A stretch of 64,000 nucleotides of DNA from Aulosira sp. ZfuVER01 (GCA_034530615.2 JAVRCV020000049.1:96001-160000); one strand, 5' to 3'. Counted from the first letter of the stretch, positions 1-13,559 are shown. Notes: a model not told the origin generated them from the sequence alone. Numbers and translations are program-made.

Positions 1-556
1 CAAAGTACTCCAGCGCTGCCCAGATGTGCAAGTAATTGCCCTAGATTACTCGCCGCGAATGTTGCAATTCGCCCAAACTAAAATTGCCGTAGCTGGGTAT
101 GAAAATCGCTGGAGTTGTATCGAAGCGGATTTTGGCGACTGGGCAAATAATCCAGATAAATTTGCTATTGGTAGGGAATTTGATGCTTGTGTGTCATCTT
201 TGGCAATTCACCATCTCCAAGATGAGATGAAATTCAAGTTATTTCAACAAATTGCTGCCAGCCTCAATCCTCATGGCTGTTTTTGGAATGCCGATCCCAC
301 CCTACCGGAATCACCTGTATTAGTGGAAGTATACAAAGCAGCGCGAGAAGAATGGACAGCCGAACAGGGGATAACGCTGGCGGAAGTTCGCGCTAAGGTA
401 GGCACAAGTTTTACACAAGGCTACTCAAGTCAAGACCAGCTAGCTACTTTAGATACACATTTACAAATGCTTACACAAGCTGGTTTTGCAACGGTTGCAG
501 TACCTTGGAAATATTACGGGATGGCAGTTTTCGGGGGCTGGCTGTCTAAATTTTAG
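1..556 (+). CDS. Class I SAM-dependent methyltransferase, 5'-truncated by the window edge
   Basis: Motifs ALDYSPRML, EADF, FDACVSSLAIHHL and LNPHG; the frame is open upstream of the annotated start at 26. Confidence 0.8.
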   Translation, partial: KVLQRCPDVQVIALDYSPRMLQFAQTKIAVAGYENRWSCIEADFGDWANNPDKFAIGREFDACVSSLAIHHLQDEMKFKLFQQIAASLNPHGCFWNADPTLPESPVLVEVYKAAREEWTAEQGITLAEVRAKVGTSFTQGYSSQDQLATLDTHLQMLTQAGFATVAVPWKYYGMAVFGGWLSKF

Positions 557-926
557 ATGATGAATTGGTAAAGGCAAAAACCCCAAATAAGTAGATTTTT
601 TCTAATTTCTATTAATAAATAAGTAATAAATTACACATTTACCCTTGACAAGACCTATTATATAAAGCCGTTGGGTCTTTAAAGGAGATTTTTCTCTAGC
701 AGACAAAGATTTTGGCTGTAATTTGCGGAATCTGAATTTGTCTTGTGTTTCTATGTCATGTCCCAACATAAAAATGCTTTCAGAGGGTAATGCTCCCTCT
801 TAACAGGCCTGTAATCAAATATCGAGTAGAAACAACACGCTACTAACATTAGTTTTTCTATTCCTTGGAATAGTGGAGTTACAACCACTGTTTGCCATCA
901 CTTAGTTTAAAAAGGAGAAATTTGGG

Positions 927-2009
927 ATGGCTCGAAATAAGAAGAAATCAACTGGTTTTAACTGTGAACATCCACAGTACTCTCGATGCCCTATCTGTTG
1001 CATCATCCCACCACATATACTGCAAAACGTCGCGGTAAATGGTAGCCCAGCACAGCGTAGTTGGGCTTTTCAGACATTAAATGTTTCGGCACAGTTGCGC
1101 GGCAGAAGGAATATAGTAGGAGCTGTCTCGTTTGCGCCATCGCCTGGTGTGAAGCGCCGCACTATCTACGATGCTAAGAATTCGGAAAATCTTCCCGGTA
1201 CACTGGTGCGTGGGGAAGGAGATCCACCAAGCACTGACGAAGCTGTGAATGAAGCCTATGATTCGGCTGGGGCTACTTATGATTTATTTCATGAGATATT
1301 CGATCGTAATTCGATTGATGACAAAGGGCTGCGTTTAGATTCAACAGTGCATTATGGCGTCAAATACGATAATGCTTTCTGGAATGGCGACCAGATGGTT
1401 TATGGTGATGGTGATGGCGAATTGTTTCAACGCTTCACCAAGTCTATTGATGTGATTGCCCATGAATTAACTCATGGTGTGACTCAGTATGAGGCAGGCC
1501 TTCAGTATTATGGTGAGCCAGGGGCACTAAATGAGTCATTTTCTGATGTATTTGGTGCTTTAGTAAAACAAAAAAGCAAAAATCAAACAGTAGACCAAGC
1601 AGACTGGATTATTGGCGAAGGTCTTTTGGCTCCGACTGTTAAAGGGGTTGGTATCCGTTCCCTGAAAGCACCAGGAACAGCATACGACGATCCAATAATG
1701 GGTCAAGATCCCCAACCAGCCTATATGAAGGATAAATATACTGGTACGGAAGATAACGCTGGTGTACATATAAACTCAGGTATCCCCAACTATGCTTTTT
1801 ATCTAGCCGCAACGGATCTTGGCGGCTATGCTTGGGAAAAAGCTGGCAAAATTTGGTACATAACTTTACGCGATCGCCTACGTGCTAATGCTAATTTTAA
1901 AGCAGCCGCCAGCGCAACAATAAAAGTAGCTGGCGAACTCTACGGTGACAATAGTCAAGAACAAAAAGCTGTACAAAACGCTTGGCAAAAAGTAGGTGTA
2001 CTCAAATAG
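927..2009 (+). CDS. M4 family (protealysin-like) zinc metalloprotease
   Basis: Propeptide motif CCIIPPHIL, NAFWNG, HELTH zinc motif, GALNESFSD, GVHINSGIPN; RBS aaggag upstream. Confidence 0.93.
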   Translation: MARNKKKSTGFNCEHPQYSRCPICCIIPPHILQNVAVNGSPAQRSWAFQTLNVSAQLRGRRNIVGAVSFAPSPGVKRRTIYDAKNSENLPGTLVRGEGDPPSTDEAVNEAYDSAGATYDLFHEIFDRNSIDDKGLRLDSTVHYGVKYDNAFWNGDQMVYGDGDGELFQRFTKSIDVIAHELTHGVTQYEAGLQYYGEPGALNESFSDVFGALVKQKSKNQTVDQADWIIGEGLLAPTVKGVGIRSLKAPGTAYDDPIMGQDPQPAYMKDKYTGTEDNAGVHINSGIPNYAFYLAATDLGGYAWEKAGKIWYITLRDRLRANANFKAAASATIKVAGELYGDNSQEQKAVQNAWQKVGVLK

Positions 2010-2172
2010 TGAATGGTGAATGATGAATGATGAAAAAATAAAATTTTCATAATTTATCATTCGTTATTCACAATTTATACTGGGTTGTCCTTTGTTGATA
2101 CACTGGGAGATGATAGTTAAAATCTTCCAGTCTTTTTCTTTTTCCCCTAGATAGGACAACGGAGAGTAAAAA

Positions 2173-2475
2173 ATGCGCATCTCCTTTGAACGCACAGGCG
2201 GCTTTGCTGGAATTAGTAAGAAAACAACCGTTGACACAGCTACTTTGCCACCCAACGAAGCCAACGAACTACCCCGACTGGTGGAAGCTGCTGGTTTATT
2301 CAATTTACCTGAAAAAATTACTTCCCCTAATCCCCAGGTCGATCGCTTTCAATATAAGTTGACAGTGGAAGATCGGGGTAAACAACATACAGTGACGGTG
2401 AGTGAAGCAGCATTACCAGGAACCTTAAGACCTTTGATTGAATGGCTCAATCAAATAGCACGGCGTCCCACTTGA
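2173..2475 (+). CDS. Emfourin (M4in)-type protealysin inhibitor
   Basis: N-terminal RTGGFAG and DRFQY motifs; lies directly downstream of the protealysin-like gene. Confidence 0.85.
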   Translation: MRISFERTGGFAGISKKTTVDTATLPPNEANELPRLVEAAGLFNLPEKITSPNPQVDRFQYKLTVEDRGKQHTVTVSEAALPGTLRPLIEWLNQIARRPT

Positions 2476-2503
2476 CACATTTATCAGTTATTCAAGTTTC
2501 AGT

Positions 2504-2593
2504 TAGGGACTTCCAATTAAAAAAAATCCTTTTTATAGACAAAGGTTTGTACACCTATAGTCTTCCATGATATTTATTTCTTGGAAATCTCTA
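2504..2593. repeat. Short MITE-like element with imperfect terminal inverted repeats
   Basis: tagggacttccaattaaaaaaaatcc ... tttatttcttggaaatctcta; a related copy is at 26167-26263. Confidence 0.5.
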
Positions 2594-2626
2594 AGTTTTC
2601 TTTCTTTTGACTTTAGCCTTCTCTTA

Positions 2627-3586
2627 CTAGGCTACAGGCGAAGGAATTATCCCTTCAGGTAATAAAGGTTCCCAGGCGGTTCCTTTGTAACCATAATCAA
2701 AAATTTCGGGATGCAACATTTCTGCCAAAATTTCCAAAGAATCTACTAATCTTGGCCCGGGACGGTTGAAGTAGGAATTACCATCAGTAATGTAGACTCT
2801 GCCACTTTGGACTGCATGAAGTTGTTGCCATTCCAAACGTTGAGTTAACAAATACACTTCTTGGCGAGTGCGATGTAAATCCCAACCGCAAGGCATAAAG
2901 ACAATCACATCTGGATTGCTGGCTATGACTGTTTCCCACGGCAAAGTAGAAGATGGCTTACCTGGAGAACTAAATAGAGTTTGTCCTCCTACCAAGTTAA
3001 CTAATTCAGGAATCCAGTTGGCGGCTACCATCAAAGGATCTGTCCATTCGATACAGGCAACAGTAGGCAGTTCTGTTAAAGAAAGTCCTTGGATTTTTTG
3101 CTGACAAATTGTGACGCGAGCTGCTAAATTTTCTAGTACCTTAACTGAGTCTACGGCAAAAATATTCCCAACTCGCTCAATATCGTTCCAAACATCTTGG
3201 AGCAAATTGGGTTGCAAGGAAATAATTTGAGGAGAGCTATTGGTAAGTTTGGCAACTGCTTGTTCTACTTCTTGCAGGCTAACTGCACAAACATCACATT
3301 GGTCTTGAGTGACAATATGAGTGGGCTGCAATTGCTCTAGGATATCAGTGTTGATTTCATAGATACTCAGAGCAGATTGCAATAAATTGTTGACCTCATT
3401 GTGAATTTCACTACTGGAGGCATTGCTATCTAAGCGTGCGGCGGTACAAATAGGACGATCTTGAATTTCCGGGGGGTAATCACATTCGTGCGATCGCCCA
3501 ACAATTGCGTCAGCTAAACCCAGTGCCGCTAAAATCTCCGTTCCACTAGGAATTAGAGAGACAATTCTTACACTGTTATCTTTCAT
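2627..3586 (-). CDS. BtuF-like cobalamin/iron-chelate binding protein (class III substrate-binding protein)
   Basis: RIVSLIPSGTEI, VGRSHECDYP, YFNRPGPRLVDSLE. Confidence 0.8.
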   Translation of the reverse strand: MKDNSVRIVSLIPSGTEILAALGLADAIVGRSHECDYPPEIQDRPICTAARLDSNASSSEIHNEVNNLLQSALSIYEINTDILEQLQPTHIVTQDQCDVCAVSLQEVEQAVAKLTNSSPQIISLQPNLLQDVWNDIERVGNIFAVDSVKVLENLAARVTICQQKIQGLSLTELPTVACIEWTDPLMVAANWIPELVNLVGGQTLFSSPGKPSSTLPWETVIASNPDVIVFMPCGWDLHRTRQEVYLLTQRLEWQQLHAVQSGRVYITDGNSYFNRPGPRLVDSLEILAEMLHPEIFDYGYKGTAWEPLLPEGIIPSPVA

Positions 3587-3992
3587 TGCTCCACCTCTGC
3601 AACAGCTGCTCTTAGTTTAATTGTCGCAAAAGTTATGAGGTAGCGTATCTCTATCTAAAGGAATACACAGATTTTTTTTCGTCAAGATTTAGCAATAATT
3701 TAGATTTTTTGCAGCTATTGGTAAAAATTTAAAGAGCAAGGGACAAGAAAATTTAATAGAATAATCTTTCATAACATCAATTTTTAATTATCGCCCGCCT
3801 GCCATGCGATTTTAATGTTCTACTGCTTGAGACTCATCAGTTTATTAGTCATCAATTTTGCTACTGAAGATTTATCAGTCTGCATATAATGCTAATTTAC
3901 GCTGATGGGCGAATATTCTGTTTATTGAAGGTGCATCTTCAGCAGCTTTTTCCATCGCCCTGATTTATGAAGCTGCTCCACTGGTAACAAGC

Positions 3993-6560
3993 ATGACTTG
4001 CGAACGAATCAACATTCTGCTGTTTTGTGAAATTCACACAGAAGTTGGCGCGAAAAAAGCGTCTGACAACGTCAGGAGCAATGCTAGCTTGGTGTCTTCC
4101 ATCCTCTCGGATCTAGGGAGGAAAGCCTCTGTATCACCACCTCAATTTCAGCTAATTCAGGCAAAGGAATTTTTGGAGGGTGTATATACTCTACAAACTC
4201 AATCAATTGATGTAGCGATCTTGAATTTATCTCTAAAGGATGCTAGAGATTTAAAAATCATCTCTGATGTGCGATCGCTAGCTCCCAATGTAGCGATTAT
4301 CGCCATCGGTGATGTAGATAATGAGGTTCGCAGCTTGCAAGCGCTGAGTTTAGGTGCACAAGACTATTTAATCACTAGTGAGATCACCCCTCAACTTTTA
4401 CGGCGGCGATTACTCTACGCGATCGAGCAGCAACGGCGTCAACTTAAAGAACAAGAAATCGCTGTTGCGATCCACAAAGAAAGTCAAACAGGGCAATTTT
4501 CATCTTTATCTAGCTCGTCTGAGTGCCAAACCCAATGGCGTTTTTTGTCAGATGCAACTTTTGAAGGCATAATTATACATGAAAGGGGAGTAATTGTAAA
4601 TGCTAATCATGTCCTGGCAAAAATGACAGGTTATGAAGTAGCAGAACTAATTGGCAAGGATAGCTTGGAACTCCTAACAGCAGAATCGCAAGAGTTGATG
4701 ATAAAAAATATACTTTCCGGTTCGGAAAAGGCTTGTGAAGTAATTGTAGTTAGGAAGGATGGCTCTACTTTTTTTGTAGAACTCCAAGGCAAAATTATTT
4801 CTTACGCAGGTCAAAAAATGCATGTGGTGGCGGCTAGAGATATTACAGAACGCAAGCAGTCCCAAGAGACCTTGCAAATCAGAGAACATGCTCGCAGAAA
4901 ACAAAGTCAAACGCTGGTGCAACTAGCAAGAAGTAAAACATTTCAACAAGGTAATCTCAATGCGGCCTTCCAAGAGATTACAGAAGCCGCTGCGCGTACT
5001 CTCTCAGTACAGCGAGTTGGGGTTTGGTTATACAACGAAGACCACTCAACGTTGGAATGTATCGATTTGTATGATGTGAGGACAAAAGAACATAGCTGCG
5101 GCTTGTCGCTGTTGAAAGCGAATTACCCTGATTATTTCCAAGCCTTGCAAGAAGAACGTAGCATTGCTGCCCATGATGCCATTAACGACACAAGAACTCA
5201 AGAATTATCCCAGTCTTACCTCTCGGTATTAGGGATTACCTCATTGTTGAATGCACCAATTTGGCTTGGAGGTCGATTGGTGGGCGTAGTATCCCACGAA
5301 CACTTTGGTGAAGTGCGCCAATGGACATTAGAAGAAGAGAATTTTGCCGGATCGATTGCAGATTTTGTCACCCTAGCCATAGAAGCAAGCGAACGTAACG
5401 CCGCAGAAGAAGCACTACGCCAGAGTGAAGCGCAATTTCGAGCAATTTTTGAGTGTTCTTCTATCGGTATCGGACTGATAGATATGAAAGCACAAATAGT
5501 CGATGCTAATCCCGCCCTATGCCAAATGCTGGGTTACAGCCGAGAAGAGCTAGGTAACCAACGTTTTACAGATTATGTTTCCCCACAAAAAGGAGATTTC
5601 GATCTGTTGAGACAACTGCTTTCAGGTATTCGCTCAGATCCCGAACAACTTGTTGAAAGACACCGTATCGAGATGGAAAGGCTGTTCTTACATAAAGGAG
5701 GAGGATTAGTTTGGACTCACTTGTCAGTTTCCGTAATTCCCGATAGTAATGGGAACCCTGAGTTTTTCTTAACTATTCTTGAGGACATTACCGAACGCAA
5801 GCAAACAGAATTAAAATTACGTGCTTCTCAAGCTGCGGCGGAAGCTGGTAGTCGCGCCAAAAGCGAATTTTTAGCGACTATGAGTCACGAATTGCGGACA
5901 CCCTTAAATGCGATTATGGGTTTATCGCAATTGCTGCAACAAGAAATGGTTGGGCCGCTCAATGAAAAGCAAAAGGAATATATCAGTTGTGTATATAGTA
6001 GTGGCGAACATCTATTAGCACTGATCAACGATATTCTTGACCTGTCGAAAGTAGAAGCAGGAAAAGAGGAACTTTTGCTGTTACCTTTGCTAGTTACAGA
6101 TGTATGTAATTCTGTAATCTCTACAGTTTCCGATCAAGCTCTAGATAAAGGATTACAACTCACCAGCGAAATCGATCCACAAGCTGAGATTTGTGTTGCT
6201 GATGAACGGCGAATTAAGCAAATGCTACTCAATCTGCTAACTAATGCGATTAAATTTACTCCAGCAGGTCAAGTATCTTTAGAAGTTCAAAAAGTCAGCA
6301 ACGGCATTACATTTACAGTTGCAGATACTGGTATTGGCATTGATTCTAATCAATTTCAATTTCTATTTGAACCTTTTAAACAGCTTGATAGCCGATTAAA
6401 TCGCCAATATGAAGGTACTGGTTTAGGTTTAGCTTTGACACGCAAATTAGCGCGTTTGCATGGTGGCGATGTGACAGTAGAATCAACTTTAGGAGAAGGC
6501 AGCAGGTTTACTCTGTTTCTCCCCGAACAGCCTGATTCGGTAGAGGTGGAGAGTAGATAA
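3993..6560 (+). CDS. Sensor histidine kinase (degenerate REC-PAS-GAF-PAS-HisKA-HATPase)
   Basis: H-box [11 protein letters not shown]-box [24 protein letters not shown] ends DITERK. Confidence 0.9.
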   Translation: MTCERINILLFCEIHTEVGAKKASDNVRSNASLVSSILSDLGRKASVSPPQFQLIQAKEFLEGVYTLQTQSIDVAILNLSLKDARDLKIISDVRSLAPNVAIIAIGDVDNEVRSLQALSLGAQDYLITSEITPQLLRRRLLYAIEQQRRQLKEQEIAVAIHKESQTGQFSSLSSSSECQTQWRFLSDATFEGIIIHERGVIVNANHVLAKMTGYEVAELIGKDSLELLTAESQELMIKNILSGSEKACEVIVVRKDGSTFFVELQGKIISYAGQKMHVVAARDITERKQSQETLQIREHARRKQSQTLVQLARSKTFQQGNLNAAFQEITEAAARTLSVQRVGVWLYNEDHSTLECIDLYDVRTKEHSCGLSLLKANYPDYFQALQEERSIAAHDAINDTRTQELSQSYLSVLGITSLLNAPIWLGGRLVGVVSHEHFGEVRQWTLEEENFAGSIADFVTLAIEASERNAAEEALRQSEAQFRAIFECSSIGIGLIDMKAQIVDANPALCQMLGYSREELGNQRFTDYVSPQKGDFDLLRQLLSGIRSDPEQLVERHRIEMERLFLHKGGGLVWTHLSVSVIPDSNGNPEFFLTILEDITERKQTELKLRASQAAAEAGSRAKSEFLATMSHELRTPLNAIMGLSQLLQQEMVGPLNEKQKEYISCVYSSGEHLLALINDILDLSKVEAGKEELLLLPLLVTDVCNSVISTVSDQALDKGLQLTSEIDPQAEICVADERRIKQMLLNLLTNAIKFTPAGQVSLEVQKVSNGITFTVADTGIGIDSNQFQFLFEPFKQLDSRLNRQYEGTGLGLALTRKLARLHGGDVTVESTLGEGSRFTLFLPEQPDSVEVESR

Positions 6561-6757
6561 TTCTGCTTGCTACTGGGTGAAATCTATTTATCAAAAGTCA
6601 ACTTTGAAATTTTACTATTTTGTTCGATCAAGTTTTTAATAAAAAATTGTTAGCAAAATCTCAAACATTACTCAATAATTTAAAATCCCAAAATCTAATG
6701 AGGATAAGTATTTTGTTGCATAATAGACTTCTAGCAAAAATGTGAATTAGCAAAAAA

Positions 6758-6862
6758 TCAACCACAAATGAACACAGCGAAAAATTCTGAGCGGAGGCTT
6801 CCTCATCTCTGAATTTTTCAAGACAGATGAAGACTGATATTTATCGGTGTATATCTGTGGTT
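6758..6862. repeat. Palindromic dispersed repeat with a nested insert
   Basis: Outer arms aaccacaaatgaacacag ... atcggtgtatatctgtggtt enclose the inner hairpin gaaaaattctgagcggaggcttcctcatctctgaatttttc. Confidence 0.5.
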
Positions 6863-6949
6863 TGATATCCAAAATATTGACTAGCATGAATTTAGATATA
6901 GCGGTTACTAGTGAGTAAGTTATTAATTCTGTATTAGCAGTGGCAAATA

Positions 6950-7390
6950 TTAATGTAATTTTTTCTTCATTTTTACGTGAGCAATATCAGCCTCTATAAA
7001 TATTTCTCCTTCTTGGACAAAACCCATTTTTTCATACAAAGCTTTGATATATTCTTGGGCGTGAATTACAACTTCTGGAATATTTTGACTAGCTAGAATT
7101 TCTAGTGCTTTTTCCATGAGTTGCTGACCAATTCTGTTGCCCCTAGCTTTAGATAAAACAGCGAGTCTTTCTACCTTTGCAGTTTGATTATCCAAATATC
7201 TAATTCTGGCAGTACCAACAGCTTCTTGATTGAAATAAGCAATTAAATGTTGAGAGATTTCATCTTTACCGTCAAACTCTAAAGCAGAGTCTACTCCTTG
7301 TTCATGCTGAAAAACGGCGATTCTAATTGCTTTAATCGCTGCAAATTCTTCAGGAAGCTCAACGATTTTAATGATTAAATTCTGGCTCAC
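6950..7390 (-). CDS. GNAT N-acetyltransferase (ElaA/YjcF-like)
   Basis: IRIAVFQHEQGV, ERLAV, RGNRIG, HAQ, LYEKMGF, EADIAHVKM. Confidence 0.88.
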   Translation of the reverse strand: MSQNLIIKIVELPEEFAAIKAIRIAVFQHEQGVDSALEFDGKDEISQHLIAYFNQEAVGTARIRYLDNQTAKVERLAVLSKARGNRIGQQLMEKALEILASQNIPEVVIHAQEYIKALYEKMGFVQEGEIFIEADIAHVKMKKKLH

Positions 7391-7457
7391 AATTTCTCTG
7401 CGTTATCTACAGTTAAATTAAAAATAAGGTGGGCAATGCCCACCCTACTTATATAAT

Positions 7458-10400
7458 TTAATCCGCACCTTCAATTGGTGCAAAACCTTGGCGCTGAATA
7501 TTTTCTGCGATCGCACGCGGTTCTAGGAATTGTAGCAGGTAGTCGGGGCCTCCTGCTTTAGAACCAACGCCAGAAAGTTTGAATCCACCAAAGGGTTGAC
7601 GGGCAACGATCGCACCTGTAATTGTACGGTTAATGTATAAATTACCGACTTCAAAGTCTTGTTGTGCTTGCTGGATGTGGGATGGTGTTCTTGAGTAAAG
7701 TCCTCCAGTTAAAGCATAGTTAGTACCGTTAGCGACTGCTAATGCTTCCTGAAAGTCCTTCACCTGAATTACCGCCAGTACGGGGCCAAAAATTTCTTGT
7801 TGGGCAATTATTGCATCTGGTGGTACTTCGCTAAAGATGACTGGCCCAATAAAATATCCTTGTTCTGGTGCTGGTAACTCTAGCGCTAATTTTGCTTCTG
7901 CCTTACCTTTTTCAATATACTCACGAATGCGATCGCGGGCATTAGCATCAATTACCGGGCCGACTTGGGTACTAGGTAACTCTGTTTCACCAATGTTCAA
8001 GGATTTTGTTGCTTCTACCAAGCGCTGTACAAAGGTATCGTAAATCGATTGCAGCACAATTACCCTGGAACAAGCAGAACATTTTTGTCCGCTATAGCCA
8101 AATGCTGACTGCACTACTCCCACAACAGCCTGGTCTAAATCAGCACTCTCATCCACAATAATGGCATTCTTGCCGCCCATTTCGGCAATTACCCGTTTCA
8201 TGTGTTTTTGACCGGGTTTGAGGGTTGAGGCTTCTGCGTAAATTCTACAGCCGACTTCTTGGGAACCAGTAAAAGCAATTACATGAGTATCGGGATGATT
8301 CACTAAGTAAGCACCGACTTGAGAACCCTTCCCTGGTACATATTGGAAGACACCTTGAGGAATTCCCGCCTCTACCAAAATTTCTGTGAGTTTCGCCGTA
8401 ATTACAGAAGATGTTTCCGCAGGCTTGAGGAGAGTACAATTGCCAGCAACCAACGCTGCTACAGTCATACCACAAGCGATCGCCAAAGGAAAATTCCAAG
8501 GAGAAATGACGACAGCAATACCTCGTGGCTGGTAAAGATAACGGTTTGTCTCTCCCGAAACGTCATAATTTACACCTTTATCTAGCCGTTCCATTTCATC
8601 GGCGTAGTAGCGACAGAAGTCTATCGCCTCCGAAACCTCTGCATCTGCTTCCTTAACTGGTTTCCCCACCTCCAACACTATCCAAGCCGACAGTTCAGCA
8701 CGGCGCTGTTCCATTAAATCCCCAGCTTTCCGCAAAATATCAGCACGTTGTTTCGCTGGGGTTTTCCGCCAACCAGGAAAAGCCACCTTCGCCGCTTTCA
8801 TCGCTTGTTCAGCTTGTTCAACACTGATGAGTCCAACCTTACCAATTACCTGACTGAAATTAGAAGGATTGAGAGAATCAATCGCTTCTTGGGTATTCAC
8901 ATACTCACCATTAATTAGTGGTAAATAAGTTCTCCCCAATTGCTGATGAACAGATTGGAAAGCTTGATGAGATTTCCTTCTTTCTTCCTCCTCTGCATAA
9001 TCAGTATCAGCCGCACCAATAAAGGAAGAGGACGCGGAGACAGGAGGACGCAAAGACGCGGGGATATCCTTCTCCGCGTCCCCGCGTCTCTCAGTCTCCG
9101 TGTCTTTCATCACTGGCGGTGCTAAAAGTTCTTCAATCGGCCTATTCTCCAAATTCTGCCGTAAAAACGAACTATTAGCCGTATTTTCCAACAAGCGCCG
9201 AATCAAATATGCCATCCCCGGCAATAATTCGCCGTAGGGACAGTAAACTCGCACTCGATAACCCTGATCAACCAAAGCCTTCGCCAGTTTATCTCCCATA
9301 CCGTAGAGAACTTGCATTTCAAAACTACGGCGGGGAACCTTTAAACTCTCTGCAATCGCTATCGCTCTAGCTTGCGATCGCACATTATGGCTACCAATGG
9401 CAGCATATACATATTGATGATTCTCTAGCAATAACTGAGTTATGGTTTCAAAGTTAGCATCGCTAGCGGCTTTGTCATTATAAACAGGCTGCGGCCAATG
9501 TTTTTGCGCTGCTTTGATAGTTTCCTGATCCCAATATGCGCCTTTGACTAAGCGGATGGTTAAAGGATAACCACGCTGTTTCAACCAAGAAATTACATCT
9601 TTAGCATCTTGCTCGCTGTCTCGCAGATATGCCTGGATTGTGATGCCAATATCTGTACGTTGCCTAAACTCTTCTTCAAGCAATAATTTTTTGAGAATAT
9701 TCAGAGTTATATCTTTATAGGCATACTGTTCCATATCAAAATGCACAGCTGCGCCTAATTCTTGAGCATGACGTAACAGAGTGCGAATGCGATCGCTAAC
9801 TCTCTCCTCACTACCTTGCGCATCTAAAGGATCAAATTGCGAATAAAATGCCGTTAACTTCACAGAAACTTGCACTTTTGGTAGCTGTTCGCCATCTGCT
9901 TCATCAATAGCCGGAATAGGTTTCCAATTCTTCGATGCTGCTACCAATTGTGTGATTAATTCTGAATAGCGTTCTAAGTAAGATTTAGCTTCTGTTTCTG
10001 TAATTACCGCCTCACCAAGTAAGTCAATGGTGAAAGCCATTTTTTCTTTACGTAAGCGTTCAACTGTTTTGATAACTTGTGTAATATTTTCCCCAGAAAT
10101 ATATTTATGAGCGAGAGTTTCAACTGCTGTTGCTACAGTTGTTGCTGCCACTTGTCCCGGCAGAGAATCAGGGTTAGCAAAATTGAGCATTCCCTTCAAA
10201 GCCGCAGGTAATTCTACAGATTCATCTCCTAAATATTCTTGTAAATGGGCAGCAATTTCTGGTTTGCTGCGTAAAGCGGGTAATGTATCAATAAAGCGGA
10301 ATAATTGCACCCGTAATCCAGGGTTGCTCATCGCCCAAGCGAGTAATTTATCATCCCAACGCATCTGATCGCGCAGAGAAGCAAAAAACGAGCGATTTTC

Positions 10401-10478
10401 TTGGGTTGCTTCTAGAAGTTGTTTAGCAATTTCTTGGGTTTTAGCTTCGTAGGTGCTGGTTTGTACTTGTAATACCAC
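7458..10478 (-). CDS. putA: Bifunctional proline dehydrogenase / P5C dehydrogenase
   Basis: PRODH motifs (DLLGE, IRLVKGAYWD, YLIRRLLEN) and ALDH motifs (SPWNFP, AEMGGKN, GQKCSA, EIFGPV). Confidence 0.95.
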   Translation of the reverse strand: MVLQVQTSTYEAKTQEIAKQLLEATQENRSFFASLRDQMRWDDKLLAWAMSNPGLRVQLFRFIDTLPALRSKPEIAAHLQEYLGDESVELPAALKGMLNFANPDSLPGQVAATTVATAVETLAHKYISGENITQVIKTVERLRKEKMAFTIDLLGEAVITETEAKSYLERYSELITQLVAASKNWKPIPAIDEADGEQLPKVQVSVKLTAFYSQFDPLDAQGSEERVSDRIRTLLRHAQELGAAVHFDMEQYAYKDITLNILKKLLLEEEFRQRTDIGITIQAYLRDSEQDAKDVISWLKQRGYPLTIRLVKGAYWDQETIKAAQKHWPQPVYNDKAASDANFETITQLLLENHQYVYAAIGSHNVRSQARAIAIAESLKVPRRSFEMQVLYGMGDKLAKALVDQGYRVRVYCPYGELLPGMAYLIRRLLENTANSSFLRQNLENRPIEELLAPPVMKDTETERRGDAEKDIPASLRPPVSASSSFIGAADTDYAEEEERRKSHQAFQSVHQQLGRTYLPLINGEYVNTQEAIDSLNPSNFSQVIGKVGLISVEQAEQAMKAAKVAFPGWRKTPAKQRADILRKAGDLMEQRRAELSAWIVLEVGKPVKEADAEVSEAIDFCRYYADEMERLDKGVNYDVSGETNRYLYQPRGIAVVISPWNFPLAIACGMTVAALVAGNCTLLKPAETSSVITAKLTEILVEAGIPQGVFQYVPGKGSQVGAYLVNHPDTHVIAFTGSQEVGCRIYAEASTLKPGQKHMKRVIAEMGGKNAIIVDESADLDQAVVGVVQSAFGYSGQKCSACSRVIVLQSIYDTFVQRLVEATKSLNIGETELPSTQVGPVIDANARDRIREYIEKGKAEAKLALELPAPEQGYFIGPVIFSEVPPDAIIAQQEIFGPVLAVIQVKDFQEALAVANGTNYALTGGLYSRTPSHIQQAQQDFEVGNLYINRTITGAIVARQPFGGFKLSGVGSKAGGPDYLLQFLEPRAIAENIQRQGFAPIEGAD

Positions 10479-10996
10479 TGATAGTAAACTCCTAATTCTA
10501 GGTAAAGCTGCGATCGCCAGCCTCTGTCTTCTATTTTGACTCTTTCATTTTGATGCCACCACATTGGAGTTACCCTTCAGATTCGTCTGAATAGTATGCA
10601 GTGAAGCTTATGTAAGCGTTTTGTAGATGTAAAATTATGCCAAAGCACTGCTTTAGAGGCAGTAGTTGAGGAAATCAAATAAAGGTTCACCCTTAAGTAA
10701 CGGAAAGTCAAGCTTCAAAAAGCAGCGTTAGAGAAAATAGCTCAGTAATTTCACTTCAAAAGTACAACGTTGAGGTTAAGAACTCGGATATTAAATTAAA
10801 TTGCTCGGCGTTCCGAGTTTTGAACTTAGAATGTTTATTAGTGTTTATTGAAATTAAAGCTGTATATCTGGGCACTCTAAATTCAAGAAAAATACGGAAT
10901 ATTAATATGTATGCCTAATACCCCAATATATTGCAACACTAGCGTAAACAGAGAGAGATGCTGTGTTGCAAGCACAAGTTTTTTGTTACCAGATTT

Positions 10997-11148
10997 GTTC
11001 TCCGTGGTGATGCCAGTGATGCTGTTCCTTATCTTGTGGAACGTCAAAAGCTCTTTGGATTAGTCAAAGCCAGGCGTAAGCGCCATCAAGAGATTGACGC
11101 TTACACTCAACAAATTTGGGCTTTACCTTCTTAAGTTGACACCAATGA
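10997..11148 (+). mobile_element. IS remnant: C-terminal transposase-like fragment ending in a terminal inverted repeat
   Basis: 45-codon frame VLRGDASDAVPYLVERQKLFGLVKARRKRHQEIDAYTQQIWALPS* (stop 11132-11134) overlaps ttaagttgacaccaatga (11131-11148), which is identical to the end at 14164-14181. Resemblance to cyanobacterial IS4-family C-termini is from recall. Confidence 0.6.
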
Positions 11149-11210
11149 ACATTGTCGTGCCCCTACAAGAAATCCATCTGTATCAAGGTTTTTGGTAATT
11201 GGTATTACAC

Positions 11211-13559
<2,349 letters not shown>

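Noticed and set aside
3587..3992. Cobalamin riboswitch upstream of the BtuF-like gene
   Set aside because: No B12-box or conserved core recognisable by eye.
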